From NCBI GenBank assembly GCA_017880775.1, contig JADGRQ010000019.1:3133-67132 (forward strand): a DNA stretch of 64,000 nt. The letters run 5' to 3'. Both the position numbers and the translations under genes were made by a program. Positions 38,164 to 49,218 of this stretch are shown here, piece by piece. A model generated the notes under the pieces. The model did no database searches and was not told the DNA's origin. It saw only the letters and a program-made list of their open reading frames with translations. This DNA is from Burkholderiales bacterium. Lineage in GTDB: Bacteria > Pseudomonadota > Gammaproteobacteria > Burkholderiales > SG8-39. Numbering within the stretch: position 1 is the stretch's first letter; each line of letters begins with the position of its first letter.

Positions 38164-39744
38164 TCACGCCACACCCGCTTCGACCAACCTGCGGGTGTAA
38201 TCGGATTTCGGTCGGTTCAAAACCTCCTCGAGCGACCCGCTCTCGACGACGAGGCTGTCCTTCATCACCATGACCCGGTGCGCCATCGCGCGCACCACGT
38301 CGACGTCGTGCGTGACCAGGATGTAGCTCAATCCGTACTTGCGCTGCAACTGGCCAAGCAGTTCCAGCACCTGCTTCTGGATGGTCACGTCCAGAGCGCT
38401 GGTCGGTTCGTCCAGCACCAGCACCTGCGGCCTCACGATCAAAGCGCGCGCGATCGCGATGCGTTGCCGCTGCCCGCCCGAGAACTCGTGCGGATAGCGG
38501 CGCAGCAACGGTTCGGCCGCGTCATTCTCCGTCAGACCAACATCGAGCAACGCCTGGATGACGCGCTCGCGCCGCTGCGCAGCATCCAGCGACGGTTCGT
38601 GTATTTCGAGTCCTTCGCCGACGATGGTTTCCAGCGTGAGCCGCGGTGAAAGCGACGACAGCGGGTCCTGGAAGACAACCTGGATCTTGCGACGCAACGC
38701 GCGCTTCTCATCGGACCCGACCGACCAGGGCGTGCCGCCGATCCGAATGTCCCCGCCGGACGCCACCAGACCCAACACCGCGAGCGCAAGCGTCGTCTTC
38801 CCCGAGCCGGATTCCCCGATGACGCCGAGGGTTTCGCCCGGCGCAAGCTCGAAATCGACGCCCTGCACGGCGGTGAATTTTCCCTTCCTGAACCAGCCGA
38901 TGATGCCCGGCAGGTGTTTCGGATAATCCACCCGCACGCCGTGGCCCTCCACGATCGATCCGCCGCCCGCGGGAAGCACCTCGCGCTGCGGCCGGCTGTC
39001 GATGAGCTTTCGCGTATACGGATGCCGGGGCCGCTGCATCACGTCGGCCGTGGTCCCCTGCTCGACCAGCCGGCCGCGCTCCATCACCGCGACTCGATCG
39101 GCGAAACGCCGGACCAGGTTCAGATCATGGGTGATCAGCAGCAACGCCATACCGGTCTCGGAACGCAGCCCGTCGAGCAATTCGAGGATCTGCATGCGCA
39201 CCGTCATGTCGAGCGCCGTCGTCGGCTCGTCCGCAATCAACAGCTTGGGATCGCACGCGAGCGCCATCGCGATCATCGCCCGCTGTCGCTGGCCGCCGGA
39301 GAGCTGGTGCGGGTAGCTGTGCACGCGCAGCTCCGGATCCGCGACGCCCACGCGTTCCAGGGCGGCCACCGCACCGGCATGCGCCGCGTCGCCGCGCAGC
39401 CCCTTGTGGATCTGCAGCGACTCGATGATCTGGTCGCCGACGGTAAGCACCGGGTTGAGCGCGGTCATCGGTTCCTGGAAGATCATCGCGATATCGTGCC
39501 CGCGCAGATGGTGCAATTCCTCTACCGACATCCTAAAGATGTCGTTGCTGCCGAACATCGCTTCGCCGCTCAGGCGCGCAGCGTCCAGCAGGCGCAGCAG
39601 CGACAAGGCGGTGACGGTCTTGCCGGATCCCGATTCGCCGACCAGCGCCAGCTTGCCGCCGGCATCGAGCGAGAACGACACGCGGTCCACCACGCGGCGG
39701 GAGCCGAATTCAACGCAGAGCTCCCGCACTTCGAGCAGGCTCAC
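38164..39744 (-). CDS. yejF: Peptide ABC transporter double ATPase (YejF-like)
   Basis: Two GESGSGK / SGGQRQR domains; part of the yej operon. Confidence 0.85.
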   Translation of the reverse strand: MSLLEVRELCVEFGSRRVVDRVSFSLDAGGKLALVGESGSGKTVTALSLLRLLDAARLSGEAMFGSNDIFRMSVEELHHLRGHDIAMIFQEPMTALNPVLTVGDQIIESLQIHKGLRGDAAHAGAVAALERVGVADPELRVHSYPHQLSGGQRQRAMIAMALACDPKLLIADEPTTALDMTVRMQILELLDGLRSETGMALLLITHDLNLVRRFADRVAVMERGRLVEQGTTADVMQRPRHPYTRKLIDSRPQREVLPAGGGSIVEGHGVRVDYPKHLPGIIGWFRKGKFTAVQGVDFELAPGETLGVIGESGSGKTTLALAVLGLVASGGDIRIGGTPWSVGSDEKRALRRKIQVVFQDPLSSLSPRLTLETIVGEGLEIHEPSLDAAQRRERVIQALLDVGLTENDAAEPLLRRYPHEFSGGQRQRIAIARALIVRPQVLVLDEPTSALDVTIQKQVLELLGQLQRKYGLSYILVTHDVDVVRAMAHRVMVMKDSLVVESGSLEEVLNRPKSDYTRRLVEAGVA

Positions 39745-40793
39745 TGTTCGTCCCCCTGCAGCACCTTGCGCGGATCGAGCGCATCGCGCAGCGCATCGCC
39801 GATCAGGATCAGCAGCAGCAGCGTGATCACCAGCACGACGAAGGTCGACAGCGATATCCACCAGGCGTCCAGGTTAGTCTTGCCCTGGTTGAGCAGTTCG
39901 CCGAGGCTGGGCGTGTCGGGCGGCACGCCGAGCCCCAGAAAATCGAGACTCGTGAGCGCGCCGATGGCCCCGGCCATCTCGAACGGAATCAATGTAACCA
40001 CCGGAGTCAGGCTGTTGGGCAGGATGTGGCGGCGCATGATCTTCGCGTCGCTCTGGCCCAGCGCTTTCGCGGCGCGCACATAGTCGAGGGTTCTGTTCTT
40101 GAGGAATTCCGCGCGTACGTAGGCGGCGATGCCGAGCCAGCTGAACATCGACAGCAGGATGACGAGCAGCCAGAAGCTGGGCGCGAACAGCGACGAGAAG
40201 ATGATCAGCATGTACAGCGTCGGCATCGCGCTCCAGATCTCGCTCGCGCGCTCCATCGCAATGTCGGTCCATCCCGCGAAGTACCCCTGTATGGCGCCGT
40301 AGAGCACCCCGAAGGCCGCGCACAGCGCGGTCACGATCAGCGCGAACACGACCGAGATGCGGAATCCGTACAGCAGCCGCGCGAGCAGGTCGCGCCCGCG
40401 GTCGTCGGTGCCGAGCAGGTTTTCGGCATCGGGCGGCGCCGGACTGGGCGCGCTCGCGAAGTAGTTGATGGTGCTGTGGTGATAGCGATTCGGCGGAAAG
40501 ACCGCCAGGTTTCCCGGCTTGGCGAGGTTCTCGCGGATCAAGGGATCCAGATAGTCGGTGGGCGTCTCGAAATCCCCGCCGAAGGTGGTTTCCGGCAGGG
40601 TCTGCACGATCGGGAAATACCATCGTCCCTCGTAGCGTACGGCGAGCGGCTTGTCGTTGGACAGCACTTCGGCCAGCAGGCTGATGCCGAACAGGAAGGC
40701 GAACAGCAGCACGCTCACGAACCCGAGCCGGTTGCTGCGGAAACGCCGCCACGCGCGGCGGCCCGGACTCTCGCGCGATACCGATGGACTCAT
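39741..40793 (-). CDS. yejE: Peptide ABC permease (YejE-like)
   Basis: LGTDDRGRD, YVRAAKALG and LTSLDFLGLG motifs. Confidence 0.88.
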   Translation of the reverse strand: MSPSVSRESPGRRAWRRFRSNRLGFVSVLLFAFLFGISLLAEVLSNDKPLAVRYEGRWYFPIVQTLPETTFGGDFETPTDYLDPLIRENLAKPGNLAVFPPNRYHHSTINYFASAPSPAPPDAENLLGTDDRGRDLLARLLYGFRISVVFALIVTALCAAFGVLYGAIQGYFAGWTDIAMERASEIWSAMPTLYMLIIFSSLFAPSFWLLVILLSMFSWLGIAAYVRAEFLKNRTLDYVRAAKALGQSDAKIMRRHILPNSLTPVVTLIPFEMAGAIGALTSLDFLGLGVPPDTPSLGELLNQGKTNLDAWWISLSTFVVLVITLLLLILIGDALRDALDPRKVLQGDEQ

Positions 40794-40797
40794 GGTT

Positions 40798-41844
40798 TCA
40801 GTCGAAGAACCTGACGCGCGGATCGACCCACAGGTAGCTGAGATCGCGCACCAGGGTGGTGAACAGCCCGATGATGGTGAACAGGAAGAGGCTTCCCAGC
40901 ACCACCGGATAGTCGCGCCGAATCACCGATTCGTAGGACAGCAGGCCTAGCCCGTCGAGCGAGAACAGGGTTTCGATCAGCAGCGAACCGGTGAAGAACG
41001 CGCCGACAAACGCCGCCGGGAACCCGGTCATGATTGGGATCATCGCGTTGCGGAACACGTGCCGCCACAGCACGCTGCGCTCGTCCACGCCCTTGGCGCG
41101 TGCCGTCAGGACATATTGTTTGCGGATCTCCTCCAGCACCGAATTCTTCGTCAGCACCGTGATCACGGCGAAACCGCCGATCACCATCGCAGCGACCGGA
41201 AGAGCGATGTGCCAGAGGTAATCGGTGATTTTTCCAACCACGCTCAAATCCTGCCAATTGAGCGATGTAAGGCCGCGCAGCGGAAACACTTGCGCGAATG
41301 AGCCACCTGCAAACAGCACCAGGAACACCACGCCCAGCACGAAGCTCGGAATCGCGTAGCCCGCCAGCACGATCAGCGTCGTGACCGTGTCGAAGCGCGT
41401 GCCGGCGCGCACCGCCTTAGCGATCCCCAGAGGCAGGGAGATTGCGTAAACGAAGAAAAATGTCCATAGACCCAGGCTGATGGAGACCGGAAGCTTCTCC
41501 AGGATCAGCGGCCAGACGTCCTTGCTCTGGAAAAAGCTCTTGCCGAGGTCGAAGCGGACGTACCGGCCGAGCATCTGCACGAAGCGCTCATGCGCTGGCT
41601 TGTCGAAGCCGTACAGCTTCCGGATCTCTTCAATGCGCGCCGCATCGACGCCTTGGCGTCCGCGATAGCCGCCGCCCGCAGCAGGGCCTTCGCCGCCCCC
41701 TCCCGCATCGCGGCCCTGGAGCTGCGCGACCATCTGCTCGACCGGACCACCCGGCACGAACTGCATCACGGCAAAGGTGATCAGCAGGATTCCAAACATG
41801 GTCGGAATCATCAACAGCAGCCGCTTCAGGATGTATGACCACAT
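40798..41844 (-). CDS. yejB: Peptide ABC permease (YejB-like)
   Basis: QFVPGGPVEQ, YVLTARAKG and FSLDGLGLLSYE motifs. Confidence 0.88.
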   Translation of the reverse strand: MWSYILKRLLLMIPTMFGILLITFAVMQFVPGGPVEQMVAQLQGRDAGGGGEGPAAGGGYRGRQGVDAARIEEIRKLYGFDKPAHERFVQMLGRYVRFDLGKSFFQSKDVWPLILEKLPVSISLGLWTFFFVYAISLPLGIAKAVRAGTRFDTVTTLIVLAGYAIPSFVLGVVFLVLFAGGSFAQVFPLRGLTSLNWQDLSVVGKITDYLWHIALPVAAMVIGGFAVITVLTKNSVLEEIRKQYVLTARAKGVDERSVLWRHVFRNAMIPIMTGFPAAFVGAFFTGSLLIETLFSLDGLGLLSYESVIRRDYPVVLGSLFLFTIIGLFTTLVRDLSYLWVDPRVRFFD

Positions 41845-41857
41845 GGCCGGCGCGCTC

Positions 41858-43660
41858 CTATCTTTTCCGCCACCAGGTGGAGATGACCCAGTCTTCCGCC
41901 TGGTAATACAACGGCCGCACCGCCGGCTGCTCGAACTTTCCCGCGCGATACGCCAGCCGGTAGGTATTCGAGTACCACTGCGGAATGACGTAATGGCCGT
42001 GGCGCAGGACGCGGTCGAGCGCGCGCAGGCGGGCGACGAGATCCGGCCGCGTCTTCGAGGAAACTGCAAGGTTGACCAGAGCGTCGACAGCCGGATCCTT
42101 CACGCCGATCAGGTTATTCGAGCCTTCCGTATCCGCCGATGCAGAGCCGTAGCGGTCGAGCAGCTCGCTGCCAGGGGCTTCATCCCCGGGAATCCGGATC
42201 GTGAACAGGTCGAAGTCGAACACGTCCATCCGTTTCTGGATCAGCGCGAAGTCCGCCCGGCGGTACTCGCCGCGAATGCCCAGCTTGGCAAGCGCCTGGA
42301 AGAATGGCGTGACGGTGCGTTCGCCGCCGCCGCTGTCGAGGTATTCGAGCGCGAACGCCTCGCCTTTCGCGTTGCGCAGCGCGCCGTCGCGGTAAGTCCA
42401 CCCCGCCTCGGTCAACAGTTCCCTCGCCCTGCGCAAGTTCTTCCGCAGGCTGCCGGGAGGCGCCGTCGACGGCGGTTGCGGAACCTCCTGGTTGAAGATG
42501 CTCGCGGGCAACTTGTCGCGCAGCGGTTGCAGGACAGCAAGCTCATCGGGTCCCGGCAGGTCTTTCGCCTCGAAATCGCTGGCGTTGAAGAAACCGCGCA
42601 CACGCGTATAGGCGTCGTACATCAGCCGGCGGTTCATCCATTCGAAATCGAAGGCCAGCCCAAGGGCTTCCCGCACGCGCACGTCCTTGAATTTGTCGCG
42701 CCGCGCATTGATCAGAAAGCCCTGGAAATCCCCCGCGTTCCTGAACTCGACCTCGGACTTGATCAATTCGCCGGAATCGAATTTCTTTCCGGTATAGGTA
42801 CGCGCCCACTCGCGCGCCGAGAATGTCCGGAGGTAGTCGAATTCACCCGCCTTGAAGGCCTCGGTCTGGGCGGTGGTGTCCTTGTAGATCTTGTAGGTAA
42901 CCCGATCGAAGTTGTAGAGGCCGCGCCGCACGTTCAAATCGCGCGCCCAATAGTTCTGATCGCGCTCATAGGTGATGTCGCGGCCGAAGTTCACGCGCCC
43001 GATCCGGTACGGGCCGCTGCCGATCGGCGTGTCCATGACCACTTGGTCGAACGGCTTGCCGGAGCCCCAGGCGCGGCTGAATACGGGAAGGCTGCCGACG
43101 AGCAAAGGCAAGTCGGCGCTCGCCTTCTTGAATTCGTAGCGGATGCTGCGCGGCCCCGTGACCGCCGCCTGCTTGACGTCCCCGAATACCACGCGGTATT
43201 GCGGCGCCGCCTGTTTGCTCATCAGCGTATCGAAGCTATGCTTGACGTCGTCGGCCATCACGGGCGTGCCGTCATGGAAGCGGGCGGCGGGATTCAGACG
43301 AAAGGTGACCGATAACCCGTCGGCCGCGACCTCGACGTCTTCGGCCAGCAAGCCGTAGGCGGTCGTCGGTTCGTCCATCGTGCCGGTCAGCAGGCCCTCG
43401 AATATCAACGCGCTCAGACCGGGAGGCGCAGTTCCCTTGAGAGTGAACGGGTTGTACTTGTCGAACGTGGTGATGCGCAAAGGCGGGACCAGTTCGATCT
43501 CGCCGCCTTTCGGCGCATCGGGGTTGACCCAGGCGAAGTGCGAAAACCCGGCCGGATATTTGACGTCGCCGAACTGGCCATACGCGTGTGCGGCCCACGC
43601 GGGCGGAGACAAAACGCCTGCGAGCGCGACCACGCATCCGATCAGGTTCAGTGGCGCCAT
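41858..43660 (-). CDS. yejA: Peptide ABC substrate-binding protein (YejA-like)
   Basis: KYPAGFSHFAWVNPDAPKGG, YGLLAE and RALDRVL motifs. Confidence 0.88.
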   Translation of the reverse strand: MAPLNLIGCVVALAGVLSPPAWAAHAYGQFGDVKYPAGFSHFAWVNPDAPKGGEIELVPPLRITTFDKYNPFTLKGTAPPGLSALIFEGLLTGTMDEPTTAYGLLAEDVEVAADGLSVTFRLNPAARFHDGTPVMADDVKHSFDTLMSKQAAPQYRVVFGDVKQAAVTGPRSIRYEFKKASADLPLLVGSLPVFSRAWGSGKPFDQVVMDTPIGSGPYRIGRVNFGRDITYERDQNYWARDLNVRRGLYNFDRVTYKIYKDTTAQTEAFKAGEFDYLRTFSAREWARTYTGKKFDSGELIKSEVEFRNAGDFQGFLINARRDKFKDVRVREALGLAFDFEWMNRRLMYDAYTRVRGFFNASDFEAKDLPGPDELAVLQPLRDKLPASIFNQEVPQPPSTAPPGSLRKNLRRARELLTEAGWTYRDGALRNAKGEAFALEYLDSGGGERTVTPFFQALAKLGIRGEYRRADFALIQKRMDVFDFDLFTIRIPGDEAPGSELLDRYGSASADTEGSNNLIGVKDPAVDALVNLAVSSKTRPDLVARLRALDRVLRHGHYVIPQWYSNTYRLAYRAGKFEQPAVRPLYYQAEDWVISTWWRKR

Positions 43661-45351
43661 GCTTGGGGCATCGAGCCGAGCAGCTTGCGCGTGTAGGGAT
43701 GCCGGGGATTGGAATATATCTCGTCGGAATCGCCGGTCTCGACGATTTCGCCTGCGCTCATCACCAGTACCTGGTCGGCCATGTACCGGATCACGGCAAG
43801 GTCGTGCGAGATGAATATGAAACTCATCCGGTACTCGTCCTGCAGGTCCTGCAGCAGGTTGAGCAGCTGCGCCTGGACCGACACGTCGAGCGCAGACACC
43901 GATTCGTCGCAGATCAGCACGTCCGGTTTCATCGTGAGGCAGCGCGCGATCGCAATCCTCTGCCGCTGCCCGCCGGAGAACTCGTGCGGATACCTGAAGA
44001 ACGAAGCCTGCGGCAGACCCACCTTTTCCAGCAGCTCGCAGGCGAGCGCGCGGCGATCGGCCTCGCCGGCCCCGATGGCGTGGATCTTCATCGGCTCGAT
44101 GAGGATCTGGCCGACCGTAAACCTCGGGTTGAGCGATGCATAAGGATTCTGGAAAACGATCTGGATCCGGCGTTTGTATGCCATCGCGGTTTCCGGCGGC
44201 ATCGACAGCAGATCCCTGCCGTCGAACAGGGCCTGTCCGCCCGACGCCTTGTGGAGCCGCACCAACATGAGCCCGAGCGTGGTCTTGCCCGAGCCCGATT
44301 CGCCCACCAAACCCAGGGTCTTGCCCTTTGCGAGCTTGAACGACGCATCCTTGACGGCCTTGAATTCCCTCGTGCGGAACAGCCCGTCGCGCAAATAAAA
44401 ACTCTTCGCTAGATGCCGCACTTCGAGAACGATCTCCTCGTTTCCCAGCAGGCCGCGCGAACGCTCAGGAATGTCCATAACGCTGACCGGCGGTTGCTTC
44501 AGGAAATCATCGATGACGGGCAGGCGGCGCGGACGGCGCCCGAGCGGCGGCCGGCACGCGAGAAGCGCGCGCGTATAGGCATCCCGGGGCGCTTCGAATA
44601 TCTGCCGCACGCTGCCTTGCTCCCTGATTTCGCCGTCGCGCATGACGACGACATGATCGGCGATTTCTCCGACCAGCGCGAGATCGTGCGTGATGAACAG
44701 CATCGACATCTGCCGCCGCCGTTGCAAGCCGGCGATCAACTCGAGGATCTGCTTTTGGACGGTCGCGTCGAGCCCGGTCGTCGGTTCGTCGGCAATCAGC
44801 AGCTTCGGCTCACAGGCGATCGCCATGGCGATCATGACGCGCTGCTGCTGGCCGCCGGACAATTCGAAGGGATAGGCGCCGATCCTCGTTGCCGGCTCCG
44901 GGATACCGACCTCGCGCAGCAGTTCGAGCGCGCGCACCCGCGCCTGCCTTCTCGAGAACTGCAGCCGTTTCGTCAGGACCTCGCCGAGCTGGAAGCCGAC
45001 GGTGAACACCGGATTCAGTGAGCTCATCGGCTCCTGAAAAACCATCGATATGTCGACCCCTCGCAGCGAGCGCAATTCACGCGGCGTGATTTCGAGAAGA
45101 TTGCGTCCTGCATAAAGCACCTGGCTGCCCGGACGCACCGTGGCATTCTCGCCCGGCAGCAAACCAAGCATCGCCAGCGCGGTCGCCGACTTGCCGCTGC
45201 CGGACTCGCCGACCAGCGCGACCGAGGCGCATCGGGGAATGTCGAAGCTGATGCCCCTGACCGCCGCGAGCGTGGTGGTCTCGTCGACGCGGAAATCGAC
45301 CGCCAGGTCGTGCACGCCGACCAGGGCATCGGTTTTGTCCGAGGCGCTCAT
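43648..45351 (-). CDS. Dipeptide/oligopeptide ABC double ATPase
   Basis: Two Walker A/B sets. Start ATG 45351. Confidence 0.88.
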   Translation of the reverse strand: MSASDKTDALVGVHDLAVDFRVDETTTLAAVRGISFDIPRCASVALVGESGSGKSATALAMLGLLPGENATVRPGSQVLYAGRNLLEITPRELRSLRGVDISMVFQEPMSSLNPVFTVGFQLGEVLTKRLQFSRRQARVRALELLREVGIPEPATRIGAYPFELSGGQQQRVMIAMAIACEPKLLIADEPTTGLDATVQKQILELIAGLQRRRQMSMLFITHDLALVGEIADHVVVMRDGEIREQGSVRQIFEAPRDAYTRALLACRPPLGRRPRRLPVIDDFLKQPPVSVMDIPERSRGLLGNEEIVLEVRHLAKSFYLRDGLFRTREFKAVKDASFKLAKGKTLGLVGESGSGKTTLGLMLVRLHKASGGQALFDGRDLLSMPPETAMAYKRRIQIVFQNPYASLNPRFTVGQILIEPMKIHAIGAGEADRRALACELLEKVGLPQASFFRYPHEFSGGQRQRIAIARCLTMKPDVLICDESVSALDVSVQAQLLNLLQDLQDEYRMSFIFISHDLAVIRYMADQVLVMSAGEIVETGDSDEIYSNPRHPYTRKLLGSMPQAWRH

Positions 45352-46394
45352 TTGATCCTCGGGTCCAGAGCATCGCGCAATGCGTCCGTCAACAGGCTGA
45401 ACGCCGTGACCAGAACGGCCATCGCCGCGGTTGCAGCGGCGAGCTGCCACCATTTGCCGAGGATCAGCTCGTTCTGCGCTTCGTTCAGCATGCTGCCCCA
45501 CGAAACGGTGTCGACTCCGACGCCAAAGCCCAGAAAGCTCAGTACCACCTCGGACTTGATGAACAGCACGACGTGCAGCGAGATCTGCACCAGCACCACG
45601 TGGCTTACGTTGGGAAGTATATGCACGAACATGCGCCGCGCATCGGAAGCGCCGATCACGTCGGCCGCCCGGACGTACTCGCGCACCTTGTGCTTCATGT
45701 ACTCGGCGCGGACCAGCCGGAATATCCCCGTCCAGCCCGTCAGACCGAGGATCAGGATCACCGTCGCGGTGCCTTTCTGGTTCAACACCGCGGCAATGGC
45801 CAGGATCAGCAGCAGGTAAGGAATCGAGGTGAACACGCTGTAGAACCAGTTGAACAGGTCGTCCACCCATCCGCCATGGTATCCAGCCTGGGCGCCGAAC
45901 AGCGTGCCGAGGAACGCGGCCAGAAGGGCGGCAGCGAGCCCCACCAGCAGCGAAGTCTCCGTGCCCTTGATCGCCTTCTGCAATACATCCCGGCCCCATT
46001 TGTCGCCGCCGAACGCAAGCGTCGCCGCCCTCGGCTCGGAATCGGACAGGCCGGCCAGCCCATTCCTGATCTCGGCGAGCTCTTCGGCGAGCGGATCGAC
46101 GACGCCGGTGTCGTCGGCCACCGGGCCGGCCGTAGCGTCGGGCGCCGCGGCCGCGGCTGGTGCGGCATCGGGCCCCATGACGCTCGGCGGCGCGTAGCTG
46201 ACACCAACCTCCTTTGACCAGTCACCCGCGATCCATCCGATCCGCGACGCCGCCACGATGGCGAAATAAATCACGACCACCGCAAGCGAGACGAGCCCCA
46301 CCCGATCGCGGCAGAAACGCAGCCATGCGAGCACCCATAGTCCGCGCGATCCGGCATGCCCCCCCGCGGGCAATGCGAGCGCGTTGGTGCTCAT
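45348..46394 (-). CDS. Dipeptide/oligopeptide ABC permease (DppC-like)
   Basis: GGDKWGRD, EYVRAA and LSFLGFG motifs. Confidence 0.88.
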   Translation of the reverse strand: MSTNALALPAGGHAGSRGLWVLAWLRFCRDRVGLVSLAVVVIYFAIVAASRIGWIAGDWSKEVGVSYAPPSVMGPDAAPAAAAAPDATAGPVADDTGVVDPLAEELAEIRNGLAGLSDSEPRAATLAFGGDKWGRDVLQKAIKGTETSLLVGLAAALLAAFLGTLFGAQAGYHGGWVDDLFNWFYSVFTSIPYLLLILAIAAVLNQKGTATVILILGLTGWTGIFRLVRAEYMKHKVREYVRAADVIGASDARRMFVHILPNVSHVVLVQISLHVVLFIKSEVVLSFLGFGVGVDTVSWGSMLNEAQNELILGKWWQLAAATAAMAVLVTAFSLLTDALRDALDPRIK

Positions 46395-46410
46395 TGAATC
46401 GCGTTCCCGC

Positions 46411-47349
46411 TCACTCGAGTTCCACGCGCGGATCGATCGCCTTGTACAGGAGGTCGGCCGCCAGGTTCACGATCATCGTGACGATTGCCACGTAAATCGT
46501 CACCGCCTTCAACACGGGAAAATCGCTGCGCTCGACCGCGAGGATCACTTCCCTGCCGATGCCCGGAATGGAGAAGAATCGCTCGATCAGGAACGCGCCG
46601 ACCAGCATTCCGGGAAGCTGGATCATCACGTTGGTGACGATCGGAATCGCGGCGTTTCGCAGCACGTGCACCCACATGACGCGGGTCTCGCTCAACCCCT
46701 TCGAACGGGCGGTACGAACGTAGTCCTGATTGATCTCCTCGAGAAAAAAACTGCGGTAAAGGCGGATGTCGGGGGCGAGCGAGACGATCACGCCAACGAT
46801 GACCGGCAGCGCGCTGTAGCGAAGCAGATTCTCCGCCAGGTTGTTGCCCCAGCCCTGCACCGGGAACCAGCCGAACTGGTAAGCCAGAACGTACTGCGCC
46901 ACGATGATGTACACCAGGATGCTGACCGATTGGCCGACCGTGCAGCCGATCATGATCGCGCGGTCGGTCAGCGACCCGCGCAGGTAGGTGACGAGCATCG
47001 CCGCTGCCATCGCCAGAATCGTGCTGATCACGAGCAGCGGCACCAGCACCGTCAGCGACGGTCCCAGCCGGGTCGCGATGATCTCCGAAACCTTTTCGTT
47101 GGTCGCCCAGCTGGCGCCGAAATCGGCACCCGCGATCTGCTTCACGAAGATCCAGAGCTGAACGGCATACGGCTGATCGACGCCGAGCTGTCGCCGGATG
47201 TTCTCGATCTGCTCCGGATTCGAGATCTTGCCCGCGAGGAGGTAGGCGGGATCGCCTCCGACCCAATTGAACAGTGCGAACACGAGCAGAACGACGCCCA
47301 GCAGCGTCGGAAAGAACTGCCAGAGCCGGCGAACGGCGTACGCGGGCAT
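46411..47349 (-). CDS. Dipeptide/oligopeptide ABC permease (DppB-like)
   Basis: QDYVRTARSKG, HVLRNA and FSIPGIG motifs. Confidence 0.88.
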   Translation of the reverse strand: MPAYAVRRLWQFFPTLLGVVLLVFALFNWVGGDPAYLLAGKISNPEQIENIRRQLGVDQPYAVQLWIFVKQIAGADFGASWATNEKVSEIIATRLGPSLTVLVPLLVISTILAMAAAMLVTYLRGSLTDRAIMIGCTVGQSVSILVYIIVAQYVLAYQFGWFPVQGWGNNLAENLLRYSALPVIVGVIVSLAPDIRLYRSFFLEEINQDYVRTARSKGLSETRVMWVHVLRNAAIPIVTNVMIQLPGMLVGAFLIERFFSIPGIGREVILAVERSDFPVLKAVTIYVAIVTMIVNLAADLLYKAIDPRVELE

Positions 47350-47353
47350 TTGC

Positions 47354-49150
47354 CTATTTCCGCGACCCGGGATCCAGGTCGATGTAGAGCCATTCGGAAA
47401 ACAGCACCGGGTGTTTCCTGTAACCTACCACGTGGGGTTGAAGCAGCACGTTCCGATAGCGGCTGTCGGCGAGTATCCAGACCGTATGGACCTCCATCAG
47501 GCGCGCCATCTGCCGGTAAAGCCTGTTGCGCTCCGCGCTGTCGGGCATTGACCGCGAATTCTCGTACAACCGGTCGAATTCGGGCGACCGGTAACACGCG
47601 GAATTGGTTTGCCCGGTGTTCGGTCCGTAGAGCAACTGCATGAAATTGTCGCCGTCCGGATAATCGGCAATCCAGGCTGCCGCGCGCATCATCAGACGGC
47701 ACTCGTGTCCCAGTTTGTTCAGCTCGGCGAAGCGGTCCTTGTGGATCTCCAGCCGCACGCCGATCGAGTCGAGCGAGCGCTTGAACAGCTCGTCGAACTG
47801 GCGGTCGCGCTCGGTAGGCATCGACCAGTAGCGAATCACCAGGGGCTTGCCGCCGGGCAGCATGCGGTAGCCATCGGGTCCCCTCTTGTACTGGAACTTG
47901 TCCAGCAACGCGTTGGCCAATTGCGGATCGTACGGAATGCTGCTCCGGTAGCGCGGATCGTGGCCGGCGACGCCGGGCGGAATCGGAAACTGCGCCCGCA
48001 TGGCCTGACCCTTGCGGATGATGCGGATCTGATCGTCGATCTTGTACGCCATCGCGATCGCGCGGCGCAGGGCGATCCTCTCCTTGCTGAAACCCGCCAG
48101 CGGGTTCGGCTGGTCACCGATTTTCTCCTGCATGTTGAAGAACGTGTAGGTAATCTCCGGATCGACGCTGCGGTCGAGGCGGATGCCGCGCCTTTCGAAC
48201 TCGGGCCGCAACCTGCCGTCTTCAGTCATGAAGGTGGGCGCGACCTCCACCAGCTGATACTCGATATCCGTTTCCGCCCTCTGGAAGGCGAGCCAGCGGC
48301 TCTGGGTCTCGTCCATGACGCTGATCTCGACCGTCCCGATCGCGGGCAGCTTCCTGCCCTTCATCCTTGCCGCGATCTCGACGTCCAGAGGATCGTCGCC
48401 GGGGGCGAAATCCCAGATCTTGCCGCGGTAATCCGGGTTCGCCTCCAGCACGATCTTCGAGGATCGCGCGTACCGCTTCAGCAGATAGGGGCCCGTTCCG
48501 ACGGGGTGGGAGTTGGTGTCGTCTCCGTACGCCTCGATCGCCTCGCGCGCGACTGCGCCGACCAGAGGAAAAGCGAGCATGTGGGAGAAATTGAAGTCGG
48601 GCCGGCGGAGCCGGATGCGAAGCGTGTACCGGTCGGGAACCTCGAGCCCCGCCGCCTTGGCGTCGTAATCGAATCGGCGCGTCTTTTTTGCCTGCGCGGC
48701 GAGTTCGTCGAGCCCCACGATCTTGCCTTCGAAGAGGAACGCATACGGCGAGCGGTTTCGCGGATCGAGAAACCGCTTGATCGAGTACGCGTAGTCTCCG
48801 GCCGTCAGCTCCCGCTTGACGCCCTTGAATACCGGGTCGGCCGCGAAGTAGATTCCCTGCCTGATCTTCAGCGTGTAGGTCCTGCCGTCATCGGCAACCA
48901 GCGGCAGGGTTTCCGCAACGTTCGGCACCAGCCGTGCCGGTCGAGCCAGATAGTCGTAGGTCAGCAGCGGATCGAATATGGCGTCGATCACCTGCCCCGA
49001 ATAGACGTCCGACACCTTCACCGGGTCGAATCCGGTCTCGGCCGTCGGGAACGTGACGCGCAGCGTCTTGTCGAGATCGGCGCCCTCGGACGCGAGCGGC
49101 AGGACGAGCGCGAGAAGCGCCAATGCAGCGAAACGCCGCGCGCGGAGCAT
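47354..49150 (-). CDS. Family 5 ABC substrate-binding protein
   Basis: Signal peptide; ETGFDP, PVGTGPY and WIADYPDGDNF motifs. Confidence 0.88.
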   Translation of the reverse strand: MLRARRFAALALLALVLPLASEGADLDKTLRVTFPTAETGFDPVKVSDVYSGQVIDAIFDPLLTYDYLARPARLVPNVAETLPLVADDGRTYTLKIRQGIYFAADPVFKGVKRELTAGDYAYSIKRFLDPRNRSPYAFLFEGKIVGLDELAAQAKKTRRFDYDAKAAGLEVPDRYTLRIRLRRPDFNFSHMLAFPLVGAVAREAIEAYGDDTNSHPVGTGPYLLKRYARSSKIVLEANPDYRGKIWDFAPGDDPLDVEIAARMKGRKLPAIGTVEISVMDETQSRWLAFQRAETDIEYQLVEVAPTFMTEDGRLRPEFERRGIRLDRSVDPEITYTFFNMQEKIGDQPNPLAGFSKERIALRRAIAMAYKIDDQIRIIRKGQAMRAQFPIPPGVAGHDPRYRSSIPYDPQLANALLDKFQYKRGPDGYRMLPGGKPLVIRYWSMPTERDRQFDELFKRSLDSIGVRLEIHKDRFAELNKLGHECRLMMRAAAWIADYPDGDNFMQLLYGPNTGQTNSACYRSPEFDRLYENSRSMPDSAERNRLYRQMARLMEVHTVWILADSRYRNVLLQPHVVGYRKHPVLFSEWLYIDLDPGSRK

Positions 49151-49218
49151 GCGGGAAAGTGTAGCAGGAAGGCCCTCCTATATAATCGCCCGCTGCGATC
49201 GCACACAAGGACCCGCGA

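Noticed and set aside
38164-49150. Two adjacent peptide ABC operons as a novel system
   Set aside because: Both are ordinary family-5 transporters in a core-genome context next to fabI.
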